DNA of 64,000 nucleotides, from sequence record NC_009760.1. One strand, written 5' to 3'. The notes beneath the pieces were generated by a model that searched no databases, was not told where the DNA came from, and saw nothing but the letters and a program-made list of their open reading frames with translations. The stretch's first letter is position 1. Every line of letters starts with the position of its first letter. Below are positions 28,893 through 38,828 of the stretch, one piece after another. A program made the translations under genes and the position numbers.

Positions 28893-29061
28893 CTAATAAC
28901 GCAACAAGTGTCGGAATCCAATGCTCCGACACTGTGCCATTGTCATCTCGCTTAACAGTTACATGCGATTGACGATTATAATCAAACGGAAAGTCGATTA
29001 CGACTCCTGTCCACGGCCATGCGATATGTTTGACTCTGCATCCTAATCGACATACATCCAT
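28858..29061 (-). CDS. Small hypothetical protein
   Basis: Coupled ORF. Confidence 0.45.
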   Translation of the reverse strand: MDVCRLGCRVKHIAWPWTGVVIDFPFDYNRQSHVTVKRDDNGTVSEHWIPTLVALLDGEEEVDWDDW

Positions 29062-29249
29062 TAGAATTTCTTCCTTTGTACTTGGTTGTTTAATTCTTCT
29101 TCTTTGCGGTCTAGGTAGTTACGGATACCTTCTTCTGCACTTTTCGCTGTTGATTTATTCATAATCGACATAACGATAGCAGAACCGATTGCACCGCCAA
29201 CCATACTAGAGAACGCAATGATGAAGATAAATGTCCATATAATATACAT
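29061..29249 (-). CDS. Small membrane protein
   Basis: N-terminal hydrophobic helix. Confidence 0.5.
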   Translation of the reverse strand: MYIIWTFIFIIAFSSMVGGAIGSAIVMSIMNKSTAKSAEEGIRNYLDRKEEELNNQVQRKKF

Positions 29250-30001
29250 TAGCAGAATCTCTCCCTCCTTCTAAAACGATACTCGATTATCTCTCGTGAC
29301 TCTAGGTCATAAGCATAAGCGATACCGTCCCATAGGTCTACCATTGTGAGTCGCCAGCCAAAACCTGCGCCCGTGTCAATCGCAATCTTCTTGGCTTTGT
29401 TACTCGTCCATACTCTCGCATCTTCTTCTGTAATTGCTTTATGGATACGATAAGTAGGTGTGTGTCCGAATACGATAGTCTGGTCAAAAGTGTGTGCATT
29501 ACGTGGGTTCGACCATTCTTTACATCCCATAAGTAATACTTCTCTCTTTTGTAAGTCCATATAAGGGACTCGTGGATCAAGACCAGCGTGAACGAAGATA
29601 AAGTTATCGTCTTCATGATAATCAACCATCTTGTTTAATACGCCGGACATAATATCTCCTACGGCTTCTGAACCGAGTTTCTTTTGTGCTATATCAATAG
29701 ATTTAAGAGTGGTAAGTCCTCCAATCGCTTCATGTGAGAATTGTTGTTGCGTCATCTTACCTGTCAGACATTCACGAAGCCATGCATCATGATTGCCCTC
29801 TACGATAACTGCGCCTTCTTGTAGTAACTGGTTACATTCCTCATATACTTCAAAGGATTGGAGTCCTCTATCTCCTAAATCGCCACATATAACTAATTCC
29901 TCCGGGTCAGGATCAACATAATCCAGTAACCGAAGGAATGGTGTGGCGTTTCCGTGTATGTCACTTATTGCGTAACGTTTGTTCAAAATATTCCCCTCCA
30001 T
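29249..30001 (-). CDS. Ser/Thr protein phosphatase-like metallophosphoesterase
   Basis: ISDIHG, GDLGDRG, EGNHD, FVHAG, FGHTP, IDTG. Confidence 0.88.
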   Translation of the reverse strand: MEGNILNKRYAISDIHGNATPFLRLLDYVDPDPEELVICGDLGDRGLQSFEVYEECNQLLQEGAVIVEGNHDAWLRECLTGKMTQQQFSHEAIGGLTTLKSIDIAQKKLGSEAVGDIMSGVLNKMVDYHEDDNFIFVHAGLDPRVPYMDLQKREVLLMGCKEWSNPRNAHTFDQTIVFGHTPTYRIHKAITEEDARVWTSNKAKKIAIDTGAGFGWRLTMVDLWDGIAYAYDLESREIIEYRFRRRERFC

Positions 30002-30029
30002 TGGCGAAACCCCGCCAACGAGACAGGGT

Positions 30030-30383
30030 TTAGTTTGCTTCTACATCAATGACATCGACACGCTTGATGCTTGCTTCTGTACTGAATCCTTCCGGATAAC
30101 GTTCTTTTAGTTTAGCGATATTAGCAATAGCAACTTCTTCTAACGTAAATCCATACTCGGCTGCTATACGAGCAAGATACCACAAGTCATCACCAAGCTC
30201 ATCTCGAACCTTTATCGGGTCAGCAGGGTGTTTATGTCCTACTTCTTTCTTAATGACGTCAGCTACCTCACCTGCTTCACCAGCTATACCTAAACCATAT
30301 GTAGCAATGCGAAGTTCTCTGCTCATTTCATGGTCTTTCGGCGCAGTACGCTCCGTCAACTTTTGATACTCATTAAAGTTCAC
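30030..30383 (-). CDS. MazG-like NTP pyrophosphohydrolase
   Basis: FNEYQK, GIAGEAGEVAD..KK, DELGD.LWY, NIAKLKERYPEGF; GTG start. Confidence 0.85.
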   Translation of the reverse strand: MNFNEYQKLTERTAPKDHEMSRELRIATYGLGIAGEAGEVADVIKKEVGHKHPADPIKVRDELGDDLWYLARIAAEYGFTLEEVAIANIAKLKERYPEGFSTEASIKRVDVIDVEAN

Positions 30384-30385
30384 TA

Positions 30386-30691
30386 CTATTCCCCCTTGAT
30401 CTCTAGCTTGTGCGCCCACAACGTGCTACTGTACTTCTGTATCAGTAAGTCGATGCTTCGACCATCATACATAGCTTGCGCAGCTTTTTGAATAAGTTCA
30501 GCTACTTGTCTACGTTTTGGTGCAGTTTCTACATCGTCTGTGTGCGTATACTGTAATGTATATTCAGCGAACAACTTACCAGCGTTCTTCCCGCTTTTGT
30601 ATCGCTTAATACTAAGAGTGTTGATGTTATCTGCTAGTAATTCATTTGCAACATCGTTTAAGACTGGAATTGTTGCTTCTACTTTTGGCAT
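30386..30691 (-). CDS. Hypothetical protein
   Basis: GAGGTGA RBS. Confidence 0.5.
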   Translation of the reverse strand: MPKVEATIPVLNDVANELLADNINTLSIKRYKSGKNAGKLFAEYTLQYTHTDDVETAPKRRQVAELIQKAAQAMYDGRSIDLLIQKYSSTLWAHKLEIKGE

Positions 30692-30759
30692 ATTCTCACC
30701 TCATTTCATCAGCCCGCACCCTCTATTATAAGGCATGAGGGCTGATGCGACTAGGATTT

Positions 30760-31410
30760 TTAGAAGTCTTCGTCATCAACGGAAGCGGATTTCTTCTTCG
30801 CTGGACGTTTCTTTCTAGCAGGTTTTTCCTCTACTTCTTCATCCGGCTCTTGATCGGCAAGTTCAGCATTCATTGCGTCAATGATTTCTTGCGCTTCCGG
30901 TTCCGTTAATTCATTCATCTTGTCTGTACCAATATTGTCATACAAGAAGTCTTCTAACTGTGTACGGCTAAAGCCTAGCTTTTTACCTAAACGTTTAATC
31001 TTACCAATGCTATCAACAGATGCTAAATCAGGTTCATATGCCTGTAGTTCATCGGCTGTTACCATACCTACGTTTAAGAAGTCACGGAACGCACGACCTT
31101 TGGCACGAGTTAATGCCATACGTGGGAATGATGCTGCTGTCATTTTACCGCAGTTATTCACACTTGCATCGGCTTCTTCCATACCAATGCGTTTACCTTC
31201 TTTGTCGAAGATTTCGGCACGAGCATAACATGTAAACTTATTCTCCGATGACGGATACTGCGTGACATATGCCTCGATATGTCCAAAGCGTGGGTCTTCA
31301 TGTGCAAGGGCAAGCAAACCATTATATAGAATTGCTTCTTTCCCTTTTGGCCCACCAATCTTCATGATAAATTCTTTCTTAAATTCGGGTGTTAATTCTC
31401 TACTTTTCAC
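30760..31410 (-). CDS. Rad52-superfamily single-strand annealing protein
   Basis: EAILYNGLLALAH, CYARAEI, RMALTRAKGRAFRDFLNVG; acidic tail. Confidence 0.65.
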   Translation of the reverse strand: MKSRELTPEFKKEFIMKIGGPKGKEAILYNGLLALAHEDPRFGHIEAYVTQYPSSENKFTCYARAEIFDKEGKRIGMEEADASVNNCGKMTAASFPRMALTRAKGRAFRDFLNVGMVTADELQAYEPDLASVDSIGKIKRLGKKLGFSRTQLEDFLYDNIGTDKMNELTEPEAQEIIDAMNAELADQEPDEEVEEKPARKKRPAKKKSASVDDEDF

Positions 31411-31425
31411 ACTGCAACCTCCTAA

Positions 31426-31740
31426 TTAGCCATTAATCCGTTTGTCATAGCAATAGCCACAAACATCTAATCCCGGATTCCTCGGCTCTGACTTACAATC
31501 AACACACTTCGGTTCTAGCTCTTTATAAATCGCTTCCTTGATCTCTCTCCATTCACCTAGTTGCTTCTGATGATTTGCAACTTCACGTTTGCGACCATCA
31601 ATTACAACTTGTGGTGTCCGCATACTTTCAGGAAGAGATTTAATATAAGCACTCGCTTGTTCACGACGAGTAATCTCCGTATTCACGAGCTTCCGAAGTT
31701 TCTTTAATTGTGCATTAGAAAACGGGCGACCGTTTACCAT
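31426..31740 (-). CDS. Hypothetical protein with C-terminal CxxC/CxxC
   Basis: CVDC...CGYC. Confidence 0.5.
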   Translation of the reverse strand: MVNGRPFSNAQLKKLRKLVNTEITRREQASAYIKSLPESMRTPQVVIDGRKREVANHQKQLGEWREIKEAIYKELEPKCVDCKSEPRNPGLDVCGYCYDKRING

Positions 31741-32198
31741 TTCTCGATTCTACTTTCTACCTGTAATGTTGCAGTTAAGTCGTCGTTTGTACGAATTACT
31801 AATTCAGGAGCATTGTATCCATAAGAACCTTCATAGTATTTTTGGAATGTACCACCACGCCATAATGGTGTCACACGACCTTTTGCAAACGTACCATTCT
31901 TTTTCGTAGGAATTTTATTGAACCATTCTTCAAACTTATTACCCTCTTGAATCTCAATAATAAGTGCTTTGATTTCTTCCTCTTCCGCAGCACGCTCTGC
32001 TTCTGTTGGACGTGTAAAGTCTGTGTCCATATCACAAGTATTAATGCCGTAATCCTCATCTTCTGGATCAGCACCAATCATGCTTTGCAGTTCACGAATG
32101 ATTTCATCCTTGTTTCCTTCTAGGTTGAATACCTTATGACGCTCATCTGTCTTTGTGAATAATACTACCATTTCACTCCACTCCCATCTTCGCCGCAA
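31734..32198 (-). CDS. Hypothetical protein
   Basis: Coupled ORF. Confidence 0.5.
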   Translation of the reverse strand: MRRRWEWSEMVVLFTKTDERHKVFNLEGNKDEIIRELQSMIGADPEDEDYGINTCDMDTDFTRPTEAERAAEEEEIKALIIEIQEGNKFEEWFNKIPTKKNGTFAKGRVTPLWRGGTFQKYYEGSYGYNAPELVIRTNDDLTATLQVESRIEKW

Positions 32199-32647
32199 TT
32201 ACTACAGCTATTTCTTCTTAACCAGCTATACAGATGCTCTTTTAGGTTATCTTCTAGCGGTTTCCCGTAGTCCTTCATAAAGTCAGTGACAACATCGTCA
32301 ATACGCATAATGACGGCACTACGTTCCTCCCCTGTATAGAAACCAGCATCAGTATCACATACGAGTTTGATGATTTCATCCTTAATACCTACATCAATTG
32401 CCGGCTCTACCGGTGCTAACTCATATGCACGAATCATGCTTGAATCAATACCGTATTGCTTCGATGCAATTTCAATTGCAACTGCGGTTGATTCAACGGA
32501 ATACGTACCTAAAATAATACCAGCATGAATGTCACGCCATTCTTGTACCTCATAGAAATTCTCTTCGTCTTGTATAGGCTCCGTTAACACTTGTATGTCA
32601 CGAGTGTATTCTTCGTCTACAACGCATAGATAATCATTTTTGACCAT
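32165..32647 (-). CDS. Hypothetical protein
   Basis: YEVQE..STAVAIEIASKQYGI..IRAYEL segment resembles the N-terminus of 52771..53307. Confidence 0.5.
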   Translation of the reverse strand: MVKNDYLCVVDEEYTRDIQVLTEPIQDEENFYEVQEWRDIHAGIILGTYSVESTAVAIEIASKQYGIDSSMIRAYELAPVEPAIDVGIKDEIIKLVCDTDAGFYTGEERSAVIMRIDDVVTDFMKDYGKPLEDNLKEHLYSWLRRNSCSNCGEDGSGVKW

Positions 32648-33254
32648 GTGGGGTCACCACCTTCAATTGTTTTAGTTGTTCAAATGCTTCTTCCTCTGTT
32701 AATTCTCCCGCATCTAACTTCGCAAGCACTTCATCAATGCTATTCATTGCTTCCGGATTTCGACCAATTTCTGTTTCTACCGTATAGCTATCCAATGGTT
32801 CTACATATTCACTTGAATTTTCCGCCATTAGTTTCTCTAATGTTTTACGTAATTGATCGTCAGGCAAGGATAAGGCATTCTTTATATCATCAACTTTAAT
32901 GTATTCTGCATCCTCTGATGTTTTTACCGTATGGTCTGGTTTACCCGGACGGACGTACAGTGTATCAGCGGCGAAACCATCGTCTGCTGAACATGATCTG
33001 TCGTATGCTGCATTATGTTTCTTTAACAACTGTTCCAGTTCTTTTATTTCACCATCTTGATTATCTTCTTCTTCAATCGAGATGAGCGTTTTCTCTTCAT
33101 CTACATAACAGTTTTCTAATAGTGATACTTTATCTTTGTAATCTGCCTTCCCGCTATCGTAATATTCTTTATCCTTTAGATGCTGTGCTATCTCCGGATG
33201 CAACATACGTGCCGGGAAAGTAACTTCTACATGAAAATATCCCATCTTGTTCAC
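32634..33254 (-). CDS. Acidic hypothetical protein
   Basis: GAGGTGA RBS; directly downstream of promoter copy c. Confidence 0.55.
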   Translation of the reverse strand: MNKMGYFHVEVTFPARMLHPEIAQHLKDKEYYDSGKADYKDKVSLLENCYVDEEKTLISIEEEDNQDGEIKELEQLLKKHNAAYDRSCSADDGFAADTLYVRPGKPDHTVKTSEDAEYIKVDDIKNALSLPDDQLRKTLEKLMAENSSEYVEPLDSYTVETEIGRNPEAMNSIDEVLAKLDAGELTEEEAFEQLKQLKVVTPHGQK

Positions 33255-33265
33255 CTCATTACTTT

Positions 33266-33294
33266 TATTGTTACCATCTGTAACGCTTTTATGC
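33266..33294 (-). promoter_or_regulatory. SigmaF/G-type promoter, copy c
   Basis: GCATA-N14-GGTAACAATA containing AGCGTTAC-AGATG-GTAACA. Confidence 0.6.
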
Positions 33295-33311
33295 AGAGAA
33301 ACAAGAGGCTT

Positions 33312-35285
33312 TTACACCTCTTGAATTAACTCATCCGGCAACTCTTCCATAAAGCGTGAAGGTGTTTGCCAGTTATACGTACGGTTATAATCCATACGAC
33401 GCTCTGCATGAGTGAAATACAATATCTCCTGCGCACGAGTGATACCTACATACGCTAGGCGACGTTCTTCTTCTAATTGAACTGTATCAGATAGACTACG
33501 TGAATGCGGGAATAATCCCTCTTCCATACCAATCATAAATACGACTGGATACTCAAGTCCTTTCGAAGTATGAAGCGTCATTAATTGTACTTTGTCTTGA
33601 TTGACTACTTTATCTTGCTGAGATTGCAGTGCGATTTGGTCAAGGAAGTCTTGTAGATGTGGGTCTTTATTCTCTTGTTCATAACCCTTCGCAATCTTCG
33701 TTAACTCCTTGATATTATCAATACGGCGGAAGTCTTCTTCCTTACCAGTTTCCTGCAACTTCTCAATGTACTGCGTATATTTAAAGATAAGTTCTAACAT
33801 GTCTGTAATCGGTTGGTCAGATACGCTCTTACCTGCTTCATACAATGCATTTAAACGAGCGACTGTATCTGTTAATCCTACGAATGCAGCTTTCGCTTTC
33901 GCTGTCTTCGGATTGAAATACTCCACCACTTCATAGATAGACTTGTTCTTTTCGTTTGCCTTATCTTTGATTTGTTTAATCGTTGTTTTACCAACGCCCG
34001 CTTGCATGTTCAAGATACGGTCACATGCAATATCGTTGTCAGGATTAACAGCTAACTGCATCCATGACATGATGTCCTTGATTTCCTTACGTTCATAGAA
34101 GGAGAATCCGGAAACCATATTGTACGGAATGTTATGGCGGATAAACTGATCCTCAAGGAGACGAGATTGAACGTTCGTGCGATACAGAAGTGCAATGTCT
34201 TCATACTTGTATCCATCGAATGTACATAGGTTCTGAATCTCCTGTGCAATGAAGCGTGCTTCTTGTTCATCGTCCGGCGCTTCATACTTACGTATCTTCT
34301 CACCCATTCCTTTATCCGTGAAGCAAGTTTTATTCATCTGCTTCGTATTATGTTTCATGATGGCGTTACCTGCGGTTACAATCGTATTGGTAGAACGATA
34401 ATTCTGCTCTAGCTTCACGACCTTCGTACCCGGATAATCTTTTTGGAAGTTGAGTATCTTCTCAATGTTCGCTCCACGCCACCCGTATATGCCTTGATAA
34501 TCATCGCCAACGACAAATATGTTATTCTTATCGCCGACAATGTTTTTAATCATACGGTACTGACATTCATTCGTATCTTGATACTCATCACACATAATAT
34601 ACTTGTATCGTCGCTGGAACTTCCTGCGTACTTCCGTATTGCTTTCCAGTAAGATAACCATCTTCATGATTAAGTCATCAAAGTCTACGGCATTGTTACG
34701 TGCCATTCTGTCTTGATAACGCTCATAGATTCTCGCAAATGACTTATCTTGCGGTTCCATTTGCTTACGGAAATCTTTCGGCAGTATCATATCATTCTTC
34801 AAGTTACTAATACGGGACTGCGTTGCATATACGTTCTGCTTTGAGTCATCCATATTGTTACTCTTTAGTAACTCTTTAATGACTTTGTTTGTATCCTCTG
34901 AATCGAAGATCGTCCAGTTCTTTTTCAGACCTGCTTCACTATAATATTGATGTAACCAACGTACAGCTAGAGAGTGGAATGTACCAATCATAATCTTCTT
35001 GGCTCTCGCTTCTCCTACCTCATTGCCGATACGTTCCTTCATTTCTGTTGCTGCTTTATTTGTAAACGTCACGGTTAATATACGGCGTGGGTCAATACCA
35101 TTTTCTAAAATATACCCCACACGCTTTTGAAGAACCCTTGTTTTTCCACTTCCTGCTCCGGCGATAACTAAACTAGGGTTCTTTACTGTTTTAACAACCG
35201 CTTCCTTCTGAGCTGGATTCAGACCATCTAATAACTTACGTATCCGTTTCCGCTTTCTCTTTCTTTCTTCATCCATTACTACCAC
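33312..35285 (-). CDS. pcrA: PcrA/UvrD SF1 helicase
   Basis: LNPAQ, AGAGSGKT, TFTNKAA, DEYQD, VGDDYQ.IY.WRGA, LEQNYRS, LMTLHTSKGLEY, ERRLAYVGITRA. Confidence 0.95.
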   Translation of the reverse strand: MVVMDEERKRKRKRIRKLLDGLNPAQKEAVVKTVKNPSLVIAGAGSGKTRVLQKRVGYILENGIDPRRILTVTFTNKAATEMKERIGNEVGEARAKKIMIGTFHSLAVRWLHQYYSEAGLKKNWTIFDSEDTNKVIKELLKSNNMDDSKQNVYATQSRISNLKNDMILPKDFRKQMEPQDKSFARIYERYQDRMARNNAVDFDDLIMKMVILLESNTEVRRKFQRRYKYIMCDEYQDTNECQYRMIKNIVGDKNNIFVVGDDYQGIYGWRGANIEKILNFQKDYPGTKVVKLEQNYRSTNTIVTAGNAIMKHNTKQMNKTCFTDKGMGEKIRKYEAPDDEQEARFIAQEIQNLCTFDGYKYEDIALLYRTNVQSRLLEDQFIRHNIPYNMVSGFSFYERKEIKDIMSWMQLAVNPDNDIACDRILNMQAGVGKTTIKQIKDKANEKNKSIYEVVEYFNPKTAKAKAAFVGLTDTVARLNALYEAGKSVSDQPITDMLELIFKYTQYIEKLQETGKEEDFRRIDNIKELTKIAKGYEQENKDPHLQDFLDQIALQSQQDKVVNQDKVQLMTLHTSKGLEYPVVFMIGMEEGLFPHSRSLSDTVQLEEERRLAYVGITRAQEILYFTHAERRMDYNRTYNWQTPSRFMEELPDELIQEV

Positions 35286-35296
35286 GTTGCAACCTC

Positions 35297-35422
35297 CTAT
35301 GCTGACTCTTTAATACTTTTCCATGCACCTTGCAACGCACGGTCACCGTCCATAATAGGATTATGTTCCCATACAATATCGCCGGTGTCGTTTATACTTC
35401 CTAAATAAATAACGTTCTCCAT
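35297..35422 (-). CDS. 41-aa ORF absent from the ORF track
   Basis: GGAGGTGA RBS; MENVIYLGSINDTGDIVWEHNPIMDGDRALQGAWKSIKESA. Confidence 0.5.
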   Translation of the reverse strand: MENVIYLGSINDTGDIVWEHNPIMDGDRALQGAWKSIKESA

Positions 35423-35433
35423 TATGTCACCTC

Positions 35434-35652
35434 CTAAAATGGAACATCAATCATGTTTTCTGGTGTTACCTCTACTGCGATGAATCCATGTTCATGTAGT
35501 GCAGGAAGTATATCAAGTTCTGTGTAATTTTCACCTTCACATACTTTACGGATAACTCCTTTAAATTCCTCTTCTGTTGCATTTGTTTCGATTAGTTTCA
35601 TCCACGTAGAACGTTTTGAATCGCTATCAAATAAACGGAATGTGTTGAACAT
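35434..35652 (-). CDS. Small hypothetical protein
   Basis: Start refined to MFNTFR. Confidence 0.5.
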   Translation of the reverse strand: MFNTFRLFDSDSKRSTWMKLIETNATEEEFKGVIRKVCEGENYTELDILPALHEHGFIAVEVTPENMIDVPF

Positions 35653-35653
35653 A

Positions 35654-35902
35654 TTATGCCTCCTGTTCTTCGTATTTATCTTGATACAAGAAGAATGCGG
35701 TACTGTCTGCATGATGACTATGAATGAAGTCCGATAACTCATCATACTTGTGATGAAACCCTTCATTTGAGTATTCATCCTCAAGGTCACTTAATAATCG
35801 TTTAGCAAACTCATTGGCTTTCTTTTCATCCTTGAAGCTGTATTCACCATTATTCACGAATAATCGTTTGACTAATTCTAAGTTCTCTTTATGGTCATCC
35901 AT
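35654..35902 (-). CDS. Small hypothetical protein
   Basis: Start refined to MDDHKE after GGAGG. Confidence 0.5.
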   Translation of the reverse strand: MDDHKENLELVKRLFVNNGEYSFKDEKKANEFAKRLLSDLEDEYSNEGFHHKYDELSDFIHSHHADSTAFFLYQDKYEEQEA

Positions 35903-35912
35903 GATGAACCTC

Positions 35913-36248
35913 CTATAATATACTGTCGTTACATGCCCATATTGCTTTTGATACATAGCGTTTATCAAACTTTTCTACGGTAGGTTCGATTGCTAGTATC
36001 TTTTCTCCACGGATTCTATTTACTGTTGAATCATCAGACTCAATTAGCTTTCGAATACCATTTTCTACACGACGAATCGCATCTGCTTCATCTTGTGCAA
36101 AGATAACAACATTCACCGCCATCCAACTTTGTGCGGAATATTGAACAACATAAGGTTCTCCATCCGGGTCACCAATTAAAAACGATTCATCTTGCTTGCG
36201 ACTCCATCTCATTGAATTAAGAAACGGGTCTGTATATAGTTCAGGCAT
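35913..36248 (-). CDS. Hypothetical protein
   Basis: Start refined to MPELYTD after AAGGAGG. Confidence 0.5.
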   Translation of the reverse strand: MPELYTDPFLNSMRWSRKQDESFLIGDPDGEPYVVQYSAQSWMAVNVVIFAQDEADAIRRVENGIRKLIESDDSTVNRIRGEKILAIEPTVEKFDKRYVSKAIWACNDSIL

Positions 36249-36291
36249 AACAAACCTCCTTACTAGTTTGGCACGGGAATCCCCGTATGAT

Positions 36292-36323
36292 AAAAAGAGA
36301 GGGAGCATTGTTACATGCCCCTC
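36292..36323 (-). terminator. Terminator after recA
   Basis: GAGGGGCAT-GTAACA-ATGCTCCCTC followed by a U tract. Confidence 0.7.
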
Positions 36324-36328
36324 TACTG

Positions 36329-37024
36329 TTATACAATTTCAGTTGTTTCTTTCTTCTCGGCTGGCTTCTTCGCTGGTGTTTTACGTGCAGGTTTCGTCGC
36401 TGGCTTCTTATCTGCTACCGGCTTTTTCGTTGTAATCTTCTTTGCCGACGCTTTCTTCAAAGCAGCTTCTTCCTCTGCGGCAATTTGCTTCTCGATTTTC
36501 TCAAGTTCTTCGATGTCTTTCATTTCATCAGCATCTTGATACTTCGGAAGTAGTTCACCTTGTTTTACTTTCCCGCGAATCTCCTGACGTAACTGTTCAG
36601 CGAACCACGGATTATCCGTCATGAACTCACGGAACTTCGTTTTACCCGGAAACTTCAATGGTACATTCTTCGCCATCTGCGGTACTGGATCATCCTTCTT
36701 ACGAACAAGTGCCTCGGCTGCTTCAATCTGCTCACCGTCTTCTTTCTCGTAATAGAACCATGAGCCTGACTTACGCATGATGCCAGCAGGTTCAACGTTC
36801 TCCATAATCTCAGTAAGCTTATCGACACCCTCACCATAAATAACGTAATATTCACATTTTTTGTAAGGGTTGTCGTATACACATCGGTTCTTCGCAACAC
36901 GAGCGCTGATTTTCAGTCCATCGTCGTCCGTAATTGGGTCACTATCTTGTAGTTTCAGTTTATTCATACCAAAACGTAATGACGCATAGAACGCTAACGC
37001 ACGACCACCAGTTGTCACGTTTGG
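36329..37024 (-). CDS. recA: RecA exon 2
   Basis: PNVTTGGRALAFYAS, KVAKN-like RVAKNR, KSGSWFYY; basic C-terminal tail. Confidence 0.88.
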   Translation of the reverse strand, partial: PNVTTGGRALAFYASLRFGMNKLKLQDSDPITDDDGLKISARVAKNRCVYDNPYKKCEYYVIYGEGVDKLTEIMENVEPAGIMRKSGSWFYYEKEDGEQIEAAEALVRKKDDPVPQMAKNVPLKFPGKTKFREFMTDNPWFAEQLRQEIRGKVKQGELLPKYQDADEMKDIEELEKIEKQIAAEEEAALKKASAKKITTKKPVADKKPATKPARKTPAKKPAEKKETTEIV

Positions 37025-38137
37025 CTTACACATTTAAGTGTAATGGACTATATCTTCATCCTCTATCGAGGAGCCTTGCGCTTCGAATGGTGCTAATCTC
37101 CATCCTACTCTACTCGCTTCCATCGTATGATGTGCTTTCGATAGTCTCTACACCTTCCCTATTGGGCTTGGCACGGTATTGGGAGCCTTCCGTCCACCGT
37201 TAGCCGTCTTACGACGACACCGCTTTTGCTTGCGTTCACAAGGTTATTTTACATACCATTACTGATATGGGTGACCCAAAACTTTTGTATTTGTTGTTTC
37301 ACCTTATCTATATCATTTAACTCATCGTCTTCGATTGTTAATACACGGTATCCTTTACTGTGTAGTTCAGACAACTTACGTTTATCCTTATTTACATTCT
37401 TTTGTTTACTGTGCCAATATACACCGTTTACTTCTATCGCTAGTTTCTTACCTAAATAGAAGTCTACATTCCATCCTTCAACAACGTGATGTGTAAAATA
37501 CACGATGTCTAATTCATCAAGTATTTCTTTTACACGACGTTCAGGTGTTGTTAGATGTGTCGATGTATCAATTTGTGGCTTAAACTTACCGTGTCTTTTC
37601 TTTCTCCATCGTTGGATAGCAACATCACTTACGCCATACTTTTCAGCAAGCTCAATTGATGAATACTTTGGATTATCAATATCCTTAAAGAATGCTTCAT
37701 CTCTTGGTGTCTTCCCCGGACGATAGTGTGGGTTCTTCTCGATATATTGCTTCGTGTCGATACCCAACTTCTTCATTCGTTTCTGTACACCTGCAAGACT
37801 AATACCAATGTTATTGGCTAATTCATTTAAGGATATTTCTCCCTTCCAATCTTTAATCGCTTTACGTTGTTCTGCGTTTAGTCTATCCTTCGGTACTTTT
37901 GTAAGGTCATGCTCATCAGCGTATTTCATAAGAGCATCCTTTCCGATACCTAACTCTTTCGCAAGTTCACGTATGCTAATATCAGGAGAAGCGTAACCGT
38001 CGATAACGATTTGTTTTTGTTCAATAGATGGTGACCATGCTCGTGACATATTATTACCTCCGACTTTAAGTAGTTACATTCGTTTACTTAAAGTCTAACA
38101 TAGGTAAATACTATTGTCACGCACAAATACGAGTCCA
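37025..38137 (-). mobile_element. Group I intron in recA (1113 nt)
   Basis: Junction RFGD|PNVT restores RecA; exon 1 ends in U and the intron ends in G; GTAGAGACTA (37142-37151) and AAGATATAGTCC (37045-37056) core motifs; IGS TTTGG-GTCACC (37270-37280) pairs with both exons. Confidence 0.9.
37249..38049 (-). CDS. Intron-encoded EDxHD (Vsr-like) homing endonuclease, I-Bth0305I-like
   Basis: Three HTH-like repeats, then TPE170, VD196F, IEVNGVYWH213, KD222. Confidence 0.85.
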   Translation of the reverse strand: MSRAWSPSIEQKQIVIDGYASPDISIRELAKELGIGKDALMKYADEHDLTKVPKDRLNAEQRKAIKDWKGEISLNELANNIGISLAGVQKRMKKLGIDTKQYIEKNPHYRPGKTPRDEAFFKDIDNPKYSSIELAEKYGVSDVAIQRWRKKRHGKFKPQIDTSTHLTTPERRVKEILDELDIVYFTHHVVEGWNVDFYLGKKLAIEVNGVYWHSKQKNVNKDKRKLSELHSKGYRVLTIEDDELNDIDKVKQQIQKFWVTHISNGM

Positions 38138-38815
38138 ATCACCGAAGCGTGAGTTTACATCTGTACGTAATTGGTTGATGAAGATTGCATACAAGTCCTT
38201 CTTACCGATAAGAGCAGTCCACTTACGCATTAGCTTACTCATCATACGAGCTTGCAGGGCGATATCAGACTGTGCTAAGTCCGTTTCAACCTCACGTTTC
38301 GGTACTAAACCAGCTACGGAGTTTACAACGAATCCTGATAAGATACCAGAACGCATTAACACTTCTAAACGGTCAATAGATTCCTCTGCACCTTTAAGCG
38401 AGATATCGACATAGATTAGACGGTCTAAGTCAATGCCGTGAACATCTCGTGCATAGTCTGGGTCGAAACTTTCTTCCGACTCAAGCCAAGCCCAAAGTGC
38501 ATCCGGATCTTGCTCCATATCTTCACCAATTGTTTCTAAACATAGTGACGTTTTTCCTGATGAGTTATTACCAAAGATTTCAGTAATACGACCACGAGGG
38601 ATACCGCCACCAGTCATGACATTGATTTCTTCGGAAGGTGTAGGCAAGAACGTTAATTTCTTTGCTACATCTTTTGCGAAACCAACCGCTGTTGAACCCG
38701 CCGTTTTATTAATACCATCCATTAACTTCATCGCAATTTTGCGTTTTTCTTCCTTCGTTAACTTCTTATCGACTTGAGTTTCTTCGGCTGTTTCTATTTG
38801 TTTCTTCTTTGCCAA
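38138..38815 (-). CDS. recA: RecA exon 1
   Basis: GGGIPRGRITEIFGNNSSGKTSL, VVNSVAGLVPK.E, QARMMSK, FINQLR. Confidence 0.9.
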
Positions 38816-38828
38816 TCCGATAACCTCC

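Noticed and set aside
36329-38815. Intein or split-intein explanation for the broken recA (exon 2 ORF begins MCK)
   Set aside because: The Cys codon lies inside the intron, there is no intein C-terminal HN motif, and the group I core motifs and IGS explain the break.
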